DNA of 64,000 nt from the NCBI RefSeq assembly GCF_009914755.1, contig NC_060944.1; one strand, 5' to 3'. Below the pieces are notes generated by a model. The model did not search any database and was not told the origin of the DNA. It saw only the letters and a program-made list of their open reading frames with translations. Made by a program: the position numbers and the translations under genes. Within the stretch, counting starts at the first letter, position 1. Each line of letters begins with the position of its first letter. The stretch comes from the human T2T-CHM13v2.0 reference genome, Homo sapiens. Below are positions 1-13,700 of the stretch, piece after piece.

Positions 1-2160
1 GTGCAATGGAATGGAATGGAATGGAATGGAGTAAATAAAATGGAATTTATTTGAATGGAATGGAATCAACTGGAATGGAATGGAATGGAATGGAATGGAA
101 TGGAATGGAATGGAATCAACCCTTCTGAAATGTGAAAAAAAGGAATGGAATGGAATCAACAAAAGTGGAATGGAATAGAAAGGAATACAATGGAATGGAA
201 TGGAATAAACCGAAGTGGAATGGAATGGAATGGAATGCAATGGATTCGAATGGAATTTAATTAACCCGATTGGAATGGAGTGAAATGGAATGGAATGGAA
301 TGGAAAGAAGCCGATTGGAATACAGTGGACTGCAAAGGAATGGAATTCAAAGGGATGGAATGGAATGGAATGGAATGGAATGCATTGGAATCCACCCGAT
401 TAGAATGGAAAGGAACGGCATGGAATGGAATGGAATGGAATGGAATGGAATGGAATGGAATGGAATGGAATGCAATGGAATGGAAAGGAATGCAAGGGCA
501 TGGAATGGAATGGAGTCAACAGGAATGGAATGGAATGGAATGGAACCAACACGAGTGGAATGAAATGGAAAGGAGCGGAATGGACAGGAAAGGAATGGAA
601 AGGAACTGAAGGTAATGGAATCGAATGGAGTGGAATTGAATGGAATGGAATGGAATCAATGTGAGTGAAATGGAATGGAATGGAACGTAATGGAGGGGAA
701 TGGAATGGAATGGAATGGAATGCAATGGAATCAATGCGAGTGCAATGGAATGGAATGGAATGGAATGGAGTAAATAAAATGGAATTTATTTGAATGGAAT
801 GGAATAAACGGGAATGGAATGGAATGGAATGGAATGGAATGGAAAGGAATGGAATGGAATGGTATGGAATGGAATGTCATGAAATGGAATGGAATGGAAT
901 GGAATTAACAAGAATGGAAAGGAATGGAATGGAATGGAATGGAATGGAGAGGAGGCAAACCGAGTGGAATGGAATGGATTGCAATGGAATAGAAAGGAAT
1001 GGAATGGAACGGAATGGAATGCAACGGAATGGAGTGGAATGGAATGGAATGGAATAGAATGGAATGGAATGGAATGGAATCAATGTAAGTGTAATTGAAT
1101 GGAATGGAATGGAATGGAGTGGAATTGATTGGAATTGATATGAATGGAAAGGAATCAACTGGAATGGAACGGAATGGAATGGAATGGAATGGAATGGAAT
1201 GGAATGGAATCAACTAGAATGGAAAGGAATGGAATGGAATGCAATGGAATGGAATTGAATGGAATGGAATCAACCCTTGTGAAATGTAACGCAAAGCAAT
1301 GGAATGGAATGGAATGGAATGGAATGGAATGGAATGGAATGGAATGGAATCAATAAAAGTGGAATGGAATGGAATGGAATACAACGGAATGGAATGGAAT
1401 GGAATGGAATGGAATACTCCGGAGTGGAATGGAATGGAATGGAATGCAATGGATTCGATTGGAATTTAACTAACCCGATTGGAATGGAGCAGAATGGAAT
1501 GGAATGGAACGGAAAGAAGCCGATTGGTATGCAGTGGACTGCAAAGGCATGGAATTGAAAGGGATGGAATGGAATGGAATGGAATGGAATCAACCCGAGT
1601 GGAATGGAATGGAATGGAATGGAATGGAAAAGAATGGAATGGAATGCAATCAACCCGAATGCAATGGAATGGGGTGGAATGGAATGGAATGGAATGGAAT
1701 GGATTGGAATGGAATGGAATCGAATGCAATGGAATGGAATAGCGTGGAATGTAATGGAATGCAATGGAAAGGAATCAAGCCAGGTGGAATCGAAAGGAAT
1801 GGAATGGAATTGAATGCAATGGAATTGAATGGAATCAAACCGAGTGGAATGTAATGGCATGGAATGGAGTGGAATCGAATGGAAAGGATTCAACGCGATT
1901 GGAAAGAAAGGGAATGGAATGGAATGGAATCAACCCGAGTGGAATGGAGTGCAACGGAATGGAATGAAATGGAATGGAATGGAATGGAATGGAATGGAAT
2001 GGAATCAACGTGATTGTAAAGGAATAAAATGAAATGGAATGAAATGGAATGCAATTCAATCAACTCGATTGGAAAGGAATGGTTGGAATGGAAATGAAAG
2101 GAATGGAATGGAATAAAATCAACCCGAATGGAATGGAATGGAATGGAATGGAATTTAATG
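1..2160 (+). repeat. Copy 1 (left-truncated) of a near-identical ~5.53 kb-offset duplication
   Basis: Matches 5531-7715 landmark for landmark: GTAAATAAAA at 31/5561 and 770/6295, CCCTTCTGAAATGTGAAAAAAAGG at ~120/5645, TACTCCGGAG at ~1415/6970. The ORF track has identical or near-identical pairs (270/5795, 1466/7021, 1835/7390) with offsets 5525-5555. Confidence 0.93.
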
Positions 2161-5100
2161 GAATGGAATGGAATGGAATGGAATCAACCCGAGTGGAATT
2201 GAATGGAATGAAATGGAATGCAATGTAATCGAATGGAACCAATAAGAGTGGAATGGATTGGAATGGAATGGAATGCAATGGAAGGGAATGGAATCAACGC
2301 GAGTGCAATGGAATGGAATGGAATGGAATGGAATGGAATGGAATGGAATGGAAAGGAATGTAATGGAAAGGAATGGAATGGAATACACCAGAGTGGAATG
2401 GAATAGAATGTAAAGGAATGGAGTGGAATCAACCCTAGTGGAATGGAATGGAATGGAATGGAATGGAATGGAATGGAATGGAATGGAATGGAATGGATTG
2501 GAATCAAACCGAGTGGAATGGAATGCAATGCAATGGAATGGAAAGGAATGGAATGGAATGAAATAAACCTGAATGGAATGGAATAGAATGGAATGGAATG
2601 GAATAGAATGGAATGGAGTGGATTGGAATCAATCTGAGTGGAATGGAAAGGAATGGAAAGGAATGGAATTGAAGAGAATTGAATGTAATGTAAAGGAATG
2701 GAATGGAATGGAATGGAATCTAATGGAATGGAATGGAATGCAATGGAATCAAACAGAGTAGAATTGAGTGTAATGGATCGAAACGGAAAGGAATGGAATG
2801 GAGTAAAGCTGAGTAGAATGCTATGGAAGGGAATGGAATCAAATGGAATGGAATGGCATTGAGTGGAATCAACACGAGTGGAATGGAATGGAATGGAGTG
2901 GATTGGAAAGTTATGGAATCAACCCGAATGGAATGTAATAGAATGGAATGGAATGGAATCCAGTGGAATTAACCCGAGTGGAATGGAATGGTATGGAGTG
3001 AAATGGAACGGAATGGAATGGTATGGAATGGAATGGAATGAAAAGGAAAGGAAAGCAATCGAATCAAAACGAGTGGAATGGAATGGAATGTAAAGAAATG
3101 GAGTGGAATTCAATAGAATCAACACGAGTGGAATGGAATGGAATGGAATGGAATGGAATGGAATGGAATCAACTAGAATGGAAAGGAATGGAATGGAATG
3201 GAATGCAGTGGAATGGAATGGACTGGAATCAACCAGTGTGGAATGTAACGCAAAGGAATGGAGTGGAATGGAATGGAATGGAATCATCAAAAGTGTAATG
3301 GAAGGGAATGGAATACAATGGAATGGGATGGAATGGAAAGCAATGGAGTCAACCCGAATGGAATCGAATGGAATGGAATGCAATGGAATGAAATGGAATG
3401 GACTAGAATGGAATGGGATGGAATGGAATCAAACCGAGTGGAGTGGAAGGGAATTGAATGGAATGGAATGGAATAAATTGGAATGGAAAGGAATGGAATG
3501 GAATGGAATGGAATGGAATGGAATGGAATGGAATCAACCAGAGTGGAATGGAATGGAATGGAATGGAATGGAATGGAATCGGATAGAATGGAATCAAACC
3601 GAGTGGAGTGGAATGGAATTGAATGTAATGGAATGGAATAAATTGGAATGGAAAGGAATGGAATGGAATGGAGTGGAATCAACCAGAGTGGAATGGAATT
3701 GAATGGAATGGAATGGAATGCAATAGAATCCAATCCAGTGTAAAGAATGGAACGGAATGGAATGCAATGGAATGGAATGGATTGGAATGGAATCACCCCG
3801 TGTGTAATGGAAAGAATGGAATGGAATGGAAAGCAATGGCATGGAATGGAATGGAAAGGAAACGAATGGAATGGAATGGAATGGAATGGAATGGAATGGA
3901 ATGGAATGGAATGGAATGGAATGGAATGGAATCAACCCGGGTGGAATGTAATGTAATGAAATGGAATGGAATGGAATAAAATGGATTGGAATCTACCTGC
4001 GTGGAATGTAGTGCATTCGAATGGAACGGAATCAACAAGATAGGAATTGAATGAAATGGAATGGAATGGAATGGAATGGAATGGAATCAACCCAAATGGA
4101 ATGTAATGAAATGGAATTGAATGGAATTACCCCGAGTGAAATGGCATGGAAAGGAACGGAATAGAATTTAATGGAATGGAATGGCATGCAATGGAATCAA
4201 CACGAGTGCAATGGAATGGCATGAAATGGAATGCAATGCAATGGAATGGAACCAATAAGAGTGGAATGGATTGGAATGGAATGGAATGGAATGGAATGAA
4301 AGGGAATGGAATCAACCCGAGTGGAATGGAATGGAATGGAATGGAATGGAATGGAATGCAATGGAATGGAATACACCAGAGTGGAATGGAATAGAATGGA
4401 ATGGAATGGAGTGGAATCAACCCCAGTGGAATGGAATGGAATGGAATGGAATGGAATGGAATGGAATGGGATGGAATGGGTTGGAATCAAACCGAGTGGA
4501 ATGGAATGGAATGCAATGGAATGGAAAGGAATGGAATGGAATGAAATAAACCCGAATGGAATGGAATGGAATGGAATGGAATGGAATGGAATGGAATGGA
4601 ATAGAATGGAAAGGAATGCAATGGAATGGATTGAAATGGAATGGAAAGGAATAAAATCAAGTGAAATTCGATGGAATGGATTGGAATGGAATGGAATGGA
4701 AAGGAATAGAATGGAATGGAATGGAATGGAATGGAATGGAATGGAATGGAATGGAATGGAATCCACACAAGTGGAATGTAATGGATTGGAATGGATTGCA
4801 ATGGAATGGAATGGAATGGAATGGAATGGACTTCACACGAGTGCAACGGAATGGAATGGAATGGAACCAACCCGAGTGGAATGGAATGGAATGGAAATTA
4901 ATGGAATGGAATGGAATGGAATCAACCCGAGTGGAATCGAATGGAATGCAATGAAATGGTTTGGAATGGTGTGGAATGGAATGGAATGGAATGCAATGGA
5001 ATGGAATCAAAGCGAGTGGAATGGAATGGAATGAAATGGAATGGAATGTAATCAACACCAGTGGAATGGAAGGGAATGGAATGGGATGGGACGGAATGGA

Positions 5101-5600
5101 ATGGAATGCAATGCAATGGAATCAACCCGAGTAGAATGGAAAGGAATGGAATGGAATGGAATGGAATTTAATGGAATGGAATGGAATGGAATGCAATTCA
5201 ATCCACCCGATTAGAATGCAAAAGAATGGCATGGAATGGAATGGAATGGAATGGAATGGAATGGAATGGAATCGAACGGAAAGGAATACAAGGGCATGGA
5301 ATGGAATAGAGTTAACTGGAATGGAATGGAATGGAATGGAAACAACACGAGTGGAATGAAATGGAAAGGAGCGGAATGGACAGGAAAGGAATGGAAAGGA
5401 ACTGAATGTAATGGAATCGAATGGAGTGGAATTGAATGGAATGGAAGGGAATCAATGTGAGTGAAATGGAATGGAACGGAATGGAGGGGAATGGAATGGA
5501 ATGGAATGGAATGCAATGGAATCAATTCGAGTGCAATGGAATGGAATGGAATGGAATGGAGTAAATAAAATGGAATTTATTTGAATGGAATGGAATCAAC
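2160..5600 (+). repeat. Segment with a close paralog at ~27330-30760 (offset ~25.15 kb)
   Basis: Shares rare variants TGTAATCGAATGGAACC (~2224/27399), CAACCCTAGT, GATCGAAACGG, CATCAAAAGT, TCTACCTGCG, CCACACAAGT and CAATTCGAGT. ORF pairs 2573/27728 and 2863/28018 both have offset 25155. Confidence 0.9.
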
Positions 5601-7715
5601 TGGAATGGAATGGAATGGAATGGAATGGAATGGAATGGAATCAACCCTTCTGAAATGTGAAAAAAAGGAATGGAATGGAATCAACAAAAGTGGAATGGAA
5701 TAGAAAGGAATACAATGGAATGGAATGGAATAAACCGAAGTGGAATGGAATGGAATGGAATGCAATGGATTCGATTGGAATTTAATTAACCCGATTGGAA
5801 TGGAGTGAAATGGAATGGAATGGAATGGAAAGAAGCCGATTGGAATACAGTGGACTGCAAAGGAATGGAATTCAAAGGGATGGAATGGAATGGAATGGAA
5901 TGGAATGCATTGGAATCCACCTGATTAGAATGGAAAGGAACGGCATGGAATGGAATGGAATGGAATGGAATGGAATGGAATGGAATGGAATGGAATGCAA
6001 TGGAATGGAAAGGAATGCAAGGGCATGGAATGGAATGGAGTCAACAGGAATGGAATGGAATGGAATGGAACCAACACGAGTGGAATGAAATGGAAAGGAG
6101 CGGAATGGACAGGAAAGGAATGGAAAGGAACTGAAGGTAATGGAATCGAATGGAGTGGAATTGAATGGAATGGAATGGAATCAATGTGAGTGAAATGGAA
6201 TGGAATGGAACGTAATGGAGGGGAATGGAATGGAATGGAATGGAATGCAATGGAATCAATGCGAGTGCAATGGAATGGAATGGAATGGAATGGAGTAAAT
6301 AAAATGGAATTTATTTGAATGGAATGGAATAAACGGGAATGGAATGGAATGGAATGGAATGGAATGGAATGGAATGGAATGGTATGGAATGGAATGTCAT
6401 GAAATGGAATGGAATGGAATGGAATTAACAAGAATGGAAAGGAATGGAATGGAATGGAATGGAATGGAATGGAATGGAATGGAGAGGAGGCAAACCGAGT
6501 GGAATGGAATGGATTGCAATGGAATAGAAAGGAATGGAATGGAACGGAATGGAATGCAACGGAATGGAGTGGAATGGAATGGAATGGAATAGAATGGAAT
6601 GGAATGGAATGGAATCAATGTAAGTGTAATTGAATGGAATGGAATGGAATGGAATGGAGTGGAATTGATTGGAATTGATATGAATGGAAAGGAATCAACT
6701 GGAATGGAACGGAATGGAATGGAATGGAATGGAATGGAATGGAATGGAATCAACTAGAATGGAAAGGAATGGAATGGAATGCAATGGAATGGAATTGAAT
6801 GGAATGGAATCAACCCTTGTGAAATGTAACGCAAAGCAATGGAATGGAATGGAATGGAATGGAATGGAATGGAATGGAATGGAATGGAATCAATAAAAGT
6901 GGAATGGAATGGAATGGAATACAACGGAATGGAATGGAATGGAATGGAATGGAATGGAATGGAATGGAATACTCCGGAGTGGAATGGAATGGAATGGAAT
7001 GCAATGGATTCGATTGGAATTTAACTAACCCGATTGGAATGGAGCAGAATGGAATGGAATGGAACGGAAAGAAGCCGATTGGTATGCAGTGGACTGCAAA
7101 GGCATGGAATTGAAAGGGATGGAATGGAATGGAATGGAATGGAATCAACCCGAGTGGAATGGAATGGAATGGAATGGAATGGAAAAGAATGGAATGGAAT
7201 GCAATCAACCCGAATGCAATGGAATGGGGTGGAATGGAATGGAATGGAATGGAATGGATTGGAATGGAATGGAATCGAATGCAATGGAATGGAATAGCGT
7301 GGAATGTAATGGAATGCAATGGAAAGGAATCAAGCCAGGTGGAATCGAAAGGAATGGAATGGAATTGAATGCAATGGAATTGAATGGAATCAAACCGAGT
7401 GGAATGTAATGGCATGGAATGGAGTGGAATCGAATGGAAAGGATTCAACGCGATTGGAAAGAAAGGGAATGGAATGGAATGGAATCAACCCGAGTGGAAT
7501 GGAGTGCAACGGAATGGAATGAAATGGAATGGAATGGAATGGAATGGAATGGAATGGAATCAACGTGATTGTAAAGGAATAAAATGAAATGGAATGAAAT
7601 GGAATGCAATTCAATCAACTCGATTGGAAAGGAATGGTTGGAATGGAAATGAAAGGAATGGAATGGAATAAAATCAACCCGAATGGAATGGAATGGAATG
7701 GAATGGAATTTAATG
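5531..7715 (+). repeat. Copy 2 of the ~5.53 kb-offset duplication
   Basis: Identical to 1-2160 apart from a few substitutions and whole-pentamer indels. It diverges after GAATTTAATGG (~2156 vs ~7711). Confidence 0.93.
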
Positions 7716-10700
7716 GAATGGAATGGAATGGAATGGAATGGAATAGAATGGAATGGAATCACCCCGAGAGGAATTGAATGGAAAGGAATGGAATGGAAAG
7801 GAAGGGAATGGATTCAATCGAAATGGAATGGAATGGAATGGACTGGAATAGAATGGAATTGAATGGAATAAACTGAAGAGGAATGGTATAGAATGGAATG
7901 GAATGGATTGGAAGGGAATGGAATGGGAAGGAATGGAATCAACTAGAATGGAAAGGAATAGAATGGAATGGAATGGAATGCAGTGGAATGGAATGGAATG
8001 GAATCAACCCCTGTGGAATGTAATGCAAAGGAATGGAATGGAATGGAATAGAATAAACAAAAGTGGAATGGAAGGGAATGGAATAGAATTGAATGGAATG
8101 GAATGGAAAGCATTGGAGTCAACCCGAATGAAATCGAATGGAATGGAATGCAATGGAATGGAAAGGAATGTAATGGAATGGAATGGAATGGAATAGAAAG
8201 GAATGGAATGGAATGGAATGGAATGGAATGGGATGGAATGGAATCAAACTGAATGGATTGGAATGCAATTGAATGTAATGGAATGGAATAAACTGCAATT
8301 GAAAGGAATGGAATGGAATGGAATGGAAACAACCAGAGAGGAATGTAATTGAATGGAATGGAATGGAATGGAATCAACCCGAGTGGAATTGAATTGAATG
8401 GAATGGAATGGAATGGAATCAACGCGAGTGGAATGGAATGGAATGAATTGAATGGAATTAACCCGTGTGAAATGGAATGGAAAGGAATGGAATGGAATTT
8501 AATGGAATTGAATGGAATGGAATGGAATCAACCTGAGTGGAATGTAATGAAATGGAATGGAATGGAAAGCAATGGAATTGAATGGAATCAACCAGAGTTG
8601 AATGGAATTGAATGGAATGGAATGGATTGGAATCAACCCAAATGGAATGGAATGGAATGGTATTGAATGGAATTACCCGAGTGAAATGGCATGGAAAGGA
8701 ACGGAATAGAATTTAATTGAATAGAATGGAATGGAATGGAATCAACCCGAGTGGAATTGAATGGAATGAAATGGAATGCAATGTAATGAAATGGAATGGA
8801 ACCAATAAGAGTGGAATGGATTGGAATGAAATGGAATGGAATGAAAGGGAATGGAATCAACCCGAGTGGAATGGATGGAATGGAATGGAATGGAATGGAA
8901 AACAATGGAAAGAAATACACCAGAGTGGAATGGAATAGAATGGAATGGAATGGAGTGGAATCAACCCCAGTGGAATGGAATGGAATGGAATGGAATGGAA
9001 TGGAATGGAATAGAATGGAATGGAATGGAATTGAAAGGAATGGAATCAATCCGACAGGAATGGAAAGGAATGGAATAGAATGAAATGGAATGGAATGGCA
9101 TGGAATGGAATGGAATCAATCCGAGTGGAAAGGAATGGAATGGAATGGAATGGAATAGAATGGATTTGAATGGAATTTAATCAACCCGAGTGGAATGGAA
9201 AAGAATGGAATGCAATGGAATGGAATGCATTGGAATGGAATGGATTGGAATGGAATCAACCCGAGTGGAATGGAATTGAATGGAATGGAATGGAATGCAA
9301 AGGATTGCAATCAAACCGAGTGGAACAGAGTAGAAAGGAATGGAAGGCAATGGAATGGAATAAACTGGAGTGGAATGGATTGGAATGGAATGGAGTGGAA
9401 TGGAATGGAATGGAATGGAATGGAATGGAATGTATTGGAATGGAATGTAATTAAACCGATTGAAATGGGGTGGAATGGAATAGAATGGAATGGAATGGAA
9501 AGAAACGGATTGGAATGCAGTGGACTGGAAAGAAATGGAATTGAATGGAATGGAATGGAAAGGAATGGAAAGCAATGGAATGGAATGGAATGGAATGGAA
9601 TGGAATGGAATGGAATGGAATTTAATGGAATGGAATGGAATGGAATGGAATCAATCCGAGTGGTATGCCATGGAGTGGAATGGATTGGAATGCAATGCAA
9701 TCAACCCGAGTGTTATGCAAAGGAGTGGAATGGAGTGGAATGGGATGGAATGCAGTCAACACGCGTGGAATGGAATGGATAGTAATGGAATGGAATGGAA
9801 TGGAATGGAATCAAACCGAGTGGAATGGAATGGAATCAACCCGAATGGAATGAAATGGAATGGAATTGAGTGGAATCAACACGAGTGGAATGGAATGGAA
9901 AGGAATGGAATACAATGGAATACAATGGCATGGAATGGAATGGAATGGAGTGCAACGGAATAGAATGGAATGGAATTGAATGGAATTGATTAGAATGCGA
10001 TGGAAAGGAATGGAAAGGAACCACCTGAAATGCAAAGGAATAGAATGGAATGCAATGCAATGGAATGGAATGGAATGGAATCAACCCGAGTGGAACGGAA
10101 TTCAAAGGAAAGGAATGGAGTGGAATGGAATTGAATGGAAAGGAACTCAATGGAATGGAATGGAATAGAGTGGAATGGAATGGCATGAAATGGAATGGAA
10201 TCAATGCGAGTGTAATGCAATGGAATGGAATGGAATGGAGTGGAATGGAATGGAATGAAAAGGAATGGAATCAATGCAAGTGTAATGGAATGGAATATAA
10301 TGGAGTGGAATAGAATGGAATGGAATGGAATGGAGTGGAATAAACTGGAATGGAATGGAATGGAACAGAATGGAATGGAATTGAATGCAATGGAATCAAC
10401 TAGAATGGAAAGGAATGGAATGGAATGGAATGCAATGGAATGGACTGGAATGGAATCAACCCGTGTGGAATGTAATGCAAAGGAATGGAATGGAATGCAA
10501 TGGAATCAACAAAAGTGTAATGGAAGGGAATGGAATAGAATGGAATGGAAAGCAATGCAGTCAACACGAATGGAATCGAATGGAGTGGAATCTAATGGAA
10601 TGGAATGGAATGGAATGGAATGGAATGGAATGGAATGGGATAGAATGGAATCAAACCGAGGGGAGTGGGATGGAATTGATGGTAATGGAATGGAATAAAT

Positions 10701-13700
10701 TGGAATGGAAAAGAATGGAAAGGAACGGAATGGAATCAACCAGAGTGGAATGGAATTGAATGGAATGGAATGGAATGGAATCAACCCAAGTGGAATGGAA
10801 TTGAATGGAATGGAATGGAATGGAATCAACCAGAGTGGAATTGAATGGTATGGAATTGAATGGAATTAACCCGAGTGAAATGGAATAGAAAGGAACGGAA
10901 TGGAATTTAATGGAATGGAAAGGAATGGAATGGAATGGAATGGAATGGAATGGAATGGAATGCAAAGGAATGGAAAGGAATGGAATGGAATGGAATTGAA
11001 TGGAGTCAATGCAAGTGTAATTGAATGGAATGGAATGGAATGGAATCAACAAAAGTGGAATGGAAGGGAATGGAATAGAATGGAATGGAATGGAATGGAA
11101 AGCAATGGAGTCAATGCGAATGGAATCGAATAGAATGGAATGCAAAGGAATGGAATGGAATGGAATGCAATGGAATGGAATGGGATGGGATGGAATGGAA
11201 ACAAACCGAGTGGAGTGGAATGGAATTGAATGGAATGGAATGGAATTAATTGGAATGGAAAGGAATGGAATAGAATGGAATGGAATGGAATGGAATGGAA
11301 TGGAATGGAATGGAATGGTATCAACCCGAGTGGAATGGAAAAGAATGGAATGCAATGGAATGGAATGCATTGCAATGCAATGGATTGGAATGGAATCAAC
11401 CCGAGTGGAATGGAATTGAATGGAATGGAATGGAATGCAAAGGAATGCAATCAAACCGAGTGGAAAAGAGTCGAATGGAATGGAAGGGAATGGAATGGAA
11501 TAAACTGGAGTGGAATGGATTGGAATGGAATGGAGTGGAGTGGAATGGAATGGAATGGAATGGAATTAAACCGATTGAAATGGAGTGGAATGGAATAGAA
11601 TGGAATGGAATGGAAAGAAACCGATTGGAACGCAGTGGACTGGAAAGAAATGGAATTGAATGCAATGGAATGGAAAGGAATGGAAAGCAATGGAATGGAA
11701 TGGAATGGAATGGAATGGAATGGAATGGAATGGAATGGAATTTAATGAAATGGAATGGAATGGAATGGAATGGAATGGAATGGAATGGAATCAACCCGAG
11801 TGGTATGCAATGGAGTGGAATGGAATGGAATGGAATGGAATGGAATGGAACGGAATGGAATGGAAAGGAATGGACTGGAATGGAATAAATTGCAGTGGAA
11901 TGGTATGGAATGCAAAGTAATATAATGAAAATGAGTGGAATTCACCAAAATGGAAAGGAAAGGAATGGAATGGAATGGAATGAATGGAAGGATTGCAAAG
12001 GAATCAACCCGAGTGGAATGGAAAGGAATGGAATGGAATGGAATGGAATGGAATGGAATGGAATGGAATCACACCATGTGGAATGGAAAGAATGGAATGG
12101 AATGGAAAGCAATGGCATGGAATGGAATGGAAAGGAATCGAATGGAATGGAATGGAATTGAATCAACCAGGTTGAAATGTAATGGAATGAAATGGAATGG
12201 AATGGAATGGAATGGAATGGAATGGAATGGAATGGAATGGAATGGAATGGAATGGAATGAAATGGATTGGAATCAACCTGCGTGGAATGTAGTGCATTCG
12301 AATGGAATGGAATCAACCCGATAGGAATGGAATGAAATGGAATGGAATGCAATGGAACTGAATGGAAAGGAATGGAGTCAATCTTACTGGAATGGAAGGG
12401 AATGGAATGGAAAGGAATGGAATGGAATGGAATGCAATGGAATCAACCCGACTGGACTGGAATGGAATGGAATGGAATGGAATGAAATGGAGTCAAACCG
12501 ACTGGAATGGAATGGAATGGATTGGAATGGAATGGAATGGAATCAACTCGAATGGAATGGAATGGAATGGAATGGAATGGAATGGAATGGAATGGAATCC
12601 ACCCACGTGGAATGGAATGGATTGGAATGGATTTTAATGAATGGAATGGAATGGAATGGACTTCACACGAGTGCAACGGAATGGAATGGAATGCAATGGA
12701 ACCAACCCGAGTGGAATGGAATGGAATGGAAATTAATGGAATGGAATGGAATGAAATCAACCCGAGGGAGTGGAATGGAATGCAATGAAATGGTTTGGAA
12801 TGGTGTGGAATGGAATGGAATGGAATGCAATGGAATGGAATCAAAGCGAGTGGAATGGAATGGAATGAAATGAAATGGAATGGAATCAACACGACTGGAA
12901 TGGAAGGGAATGGAATGGGATGGGATGGAATGGAATGGAATGCAATGCAATGGAATCAACCAGAGTAGAATTGAAAGGAATGGAATGGAATGGAATGGAA
13001 TGCAATGTAATCCACCCGATTAGAATGGAAAGGAATGGCATGGAATGGAATGGAATGGAATGGAATGGAATGGAATGGAATGGAATGGAATAGAATGGAA
13101 TGGAATGCAAGGGCACGGAATGGAATGGAGTCAACTGGAATGGAATGGAATGGAATGGAATCAACACGAATAGAATGAAATGGAAAGGAGTGGAATGGAC
13201 AGGAAAGGAATGGAAAGGATCTAAATGTAATGGAATCGAATGGAGTGGAATTGAATGGAATGGAATGGAATCAATGTGAGTGAAATGGAATGGAATGGAA
13301 CGGAATGGAGGGGAATGAAATGGAATGGAATGGAATGCAATGGAATCAATGCGAGTGCAATGGAATGGAATGGAATGGAATGGAATGGAATGGAATGCAG
13401 TAAATAAAATGGAATTTATTTGAATGGAATGGAATCAACTGGAATAGAATGGAATGGAATGGAATGCAATGGAATGGAATGCCATGGAATTAACAAGACT
13501 GGAAAGGAATGGAATGGAATGGAATGGAATGGAGAGGAGGCAAACTGAGTGGAATGGAATGGACTGCAATGGAATGGAAAGGAATGGAATGGAATGGAAT
13601 GGAATGCAACGGAATGGAGTGGAATGGAATTGAATGGAATGGACTGGAATGGAATGGAATGGAATCAATGCAAGTGTAATGGAATGGAATGGAATGGAAT

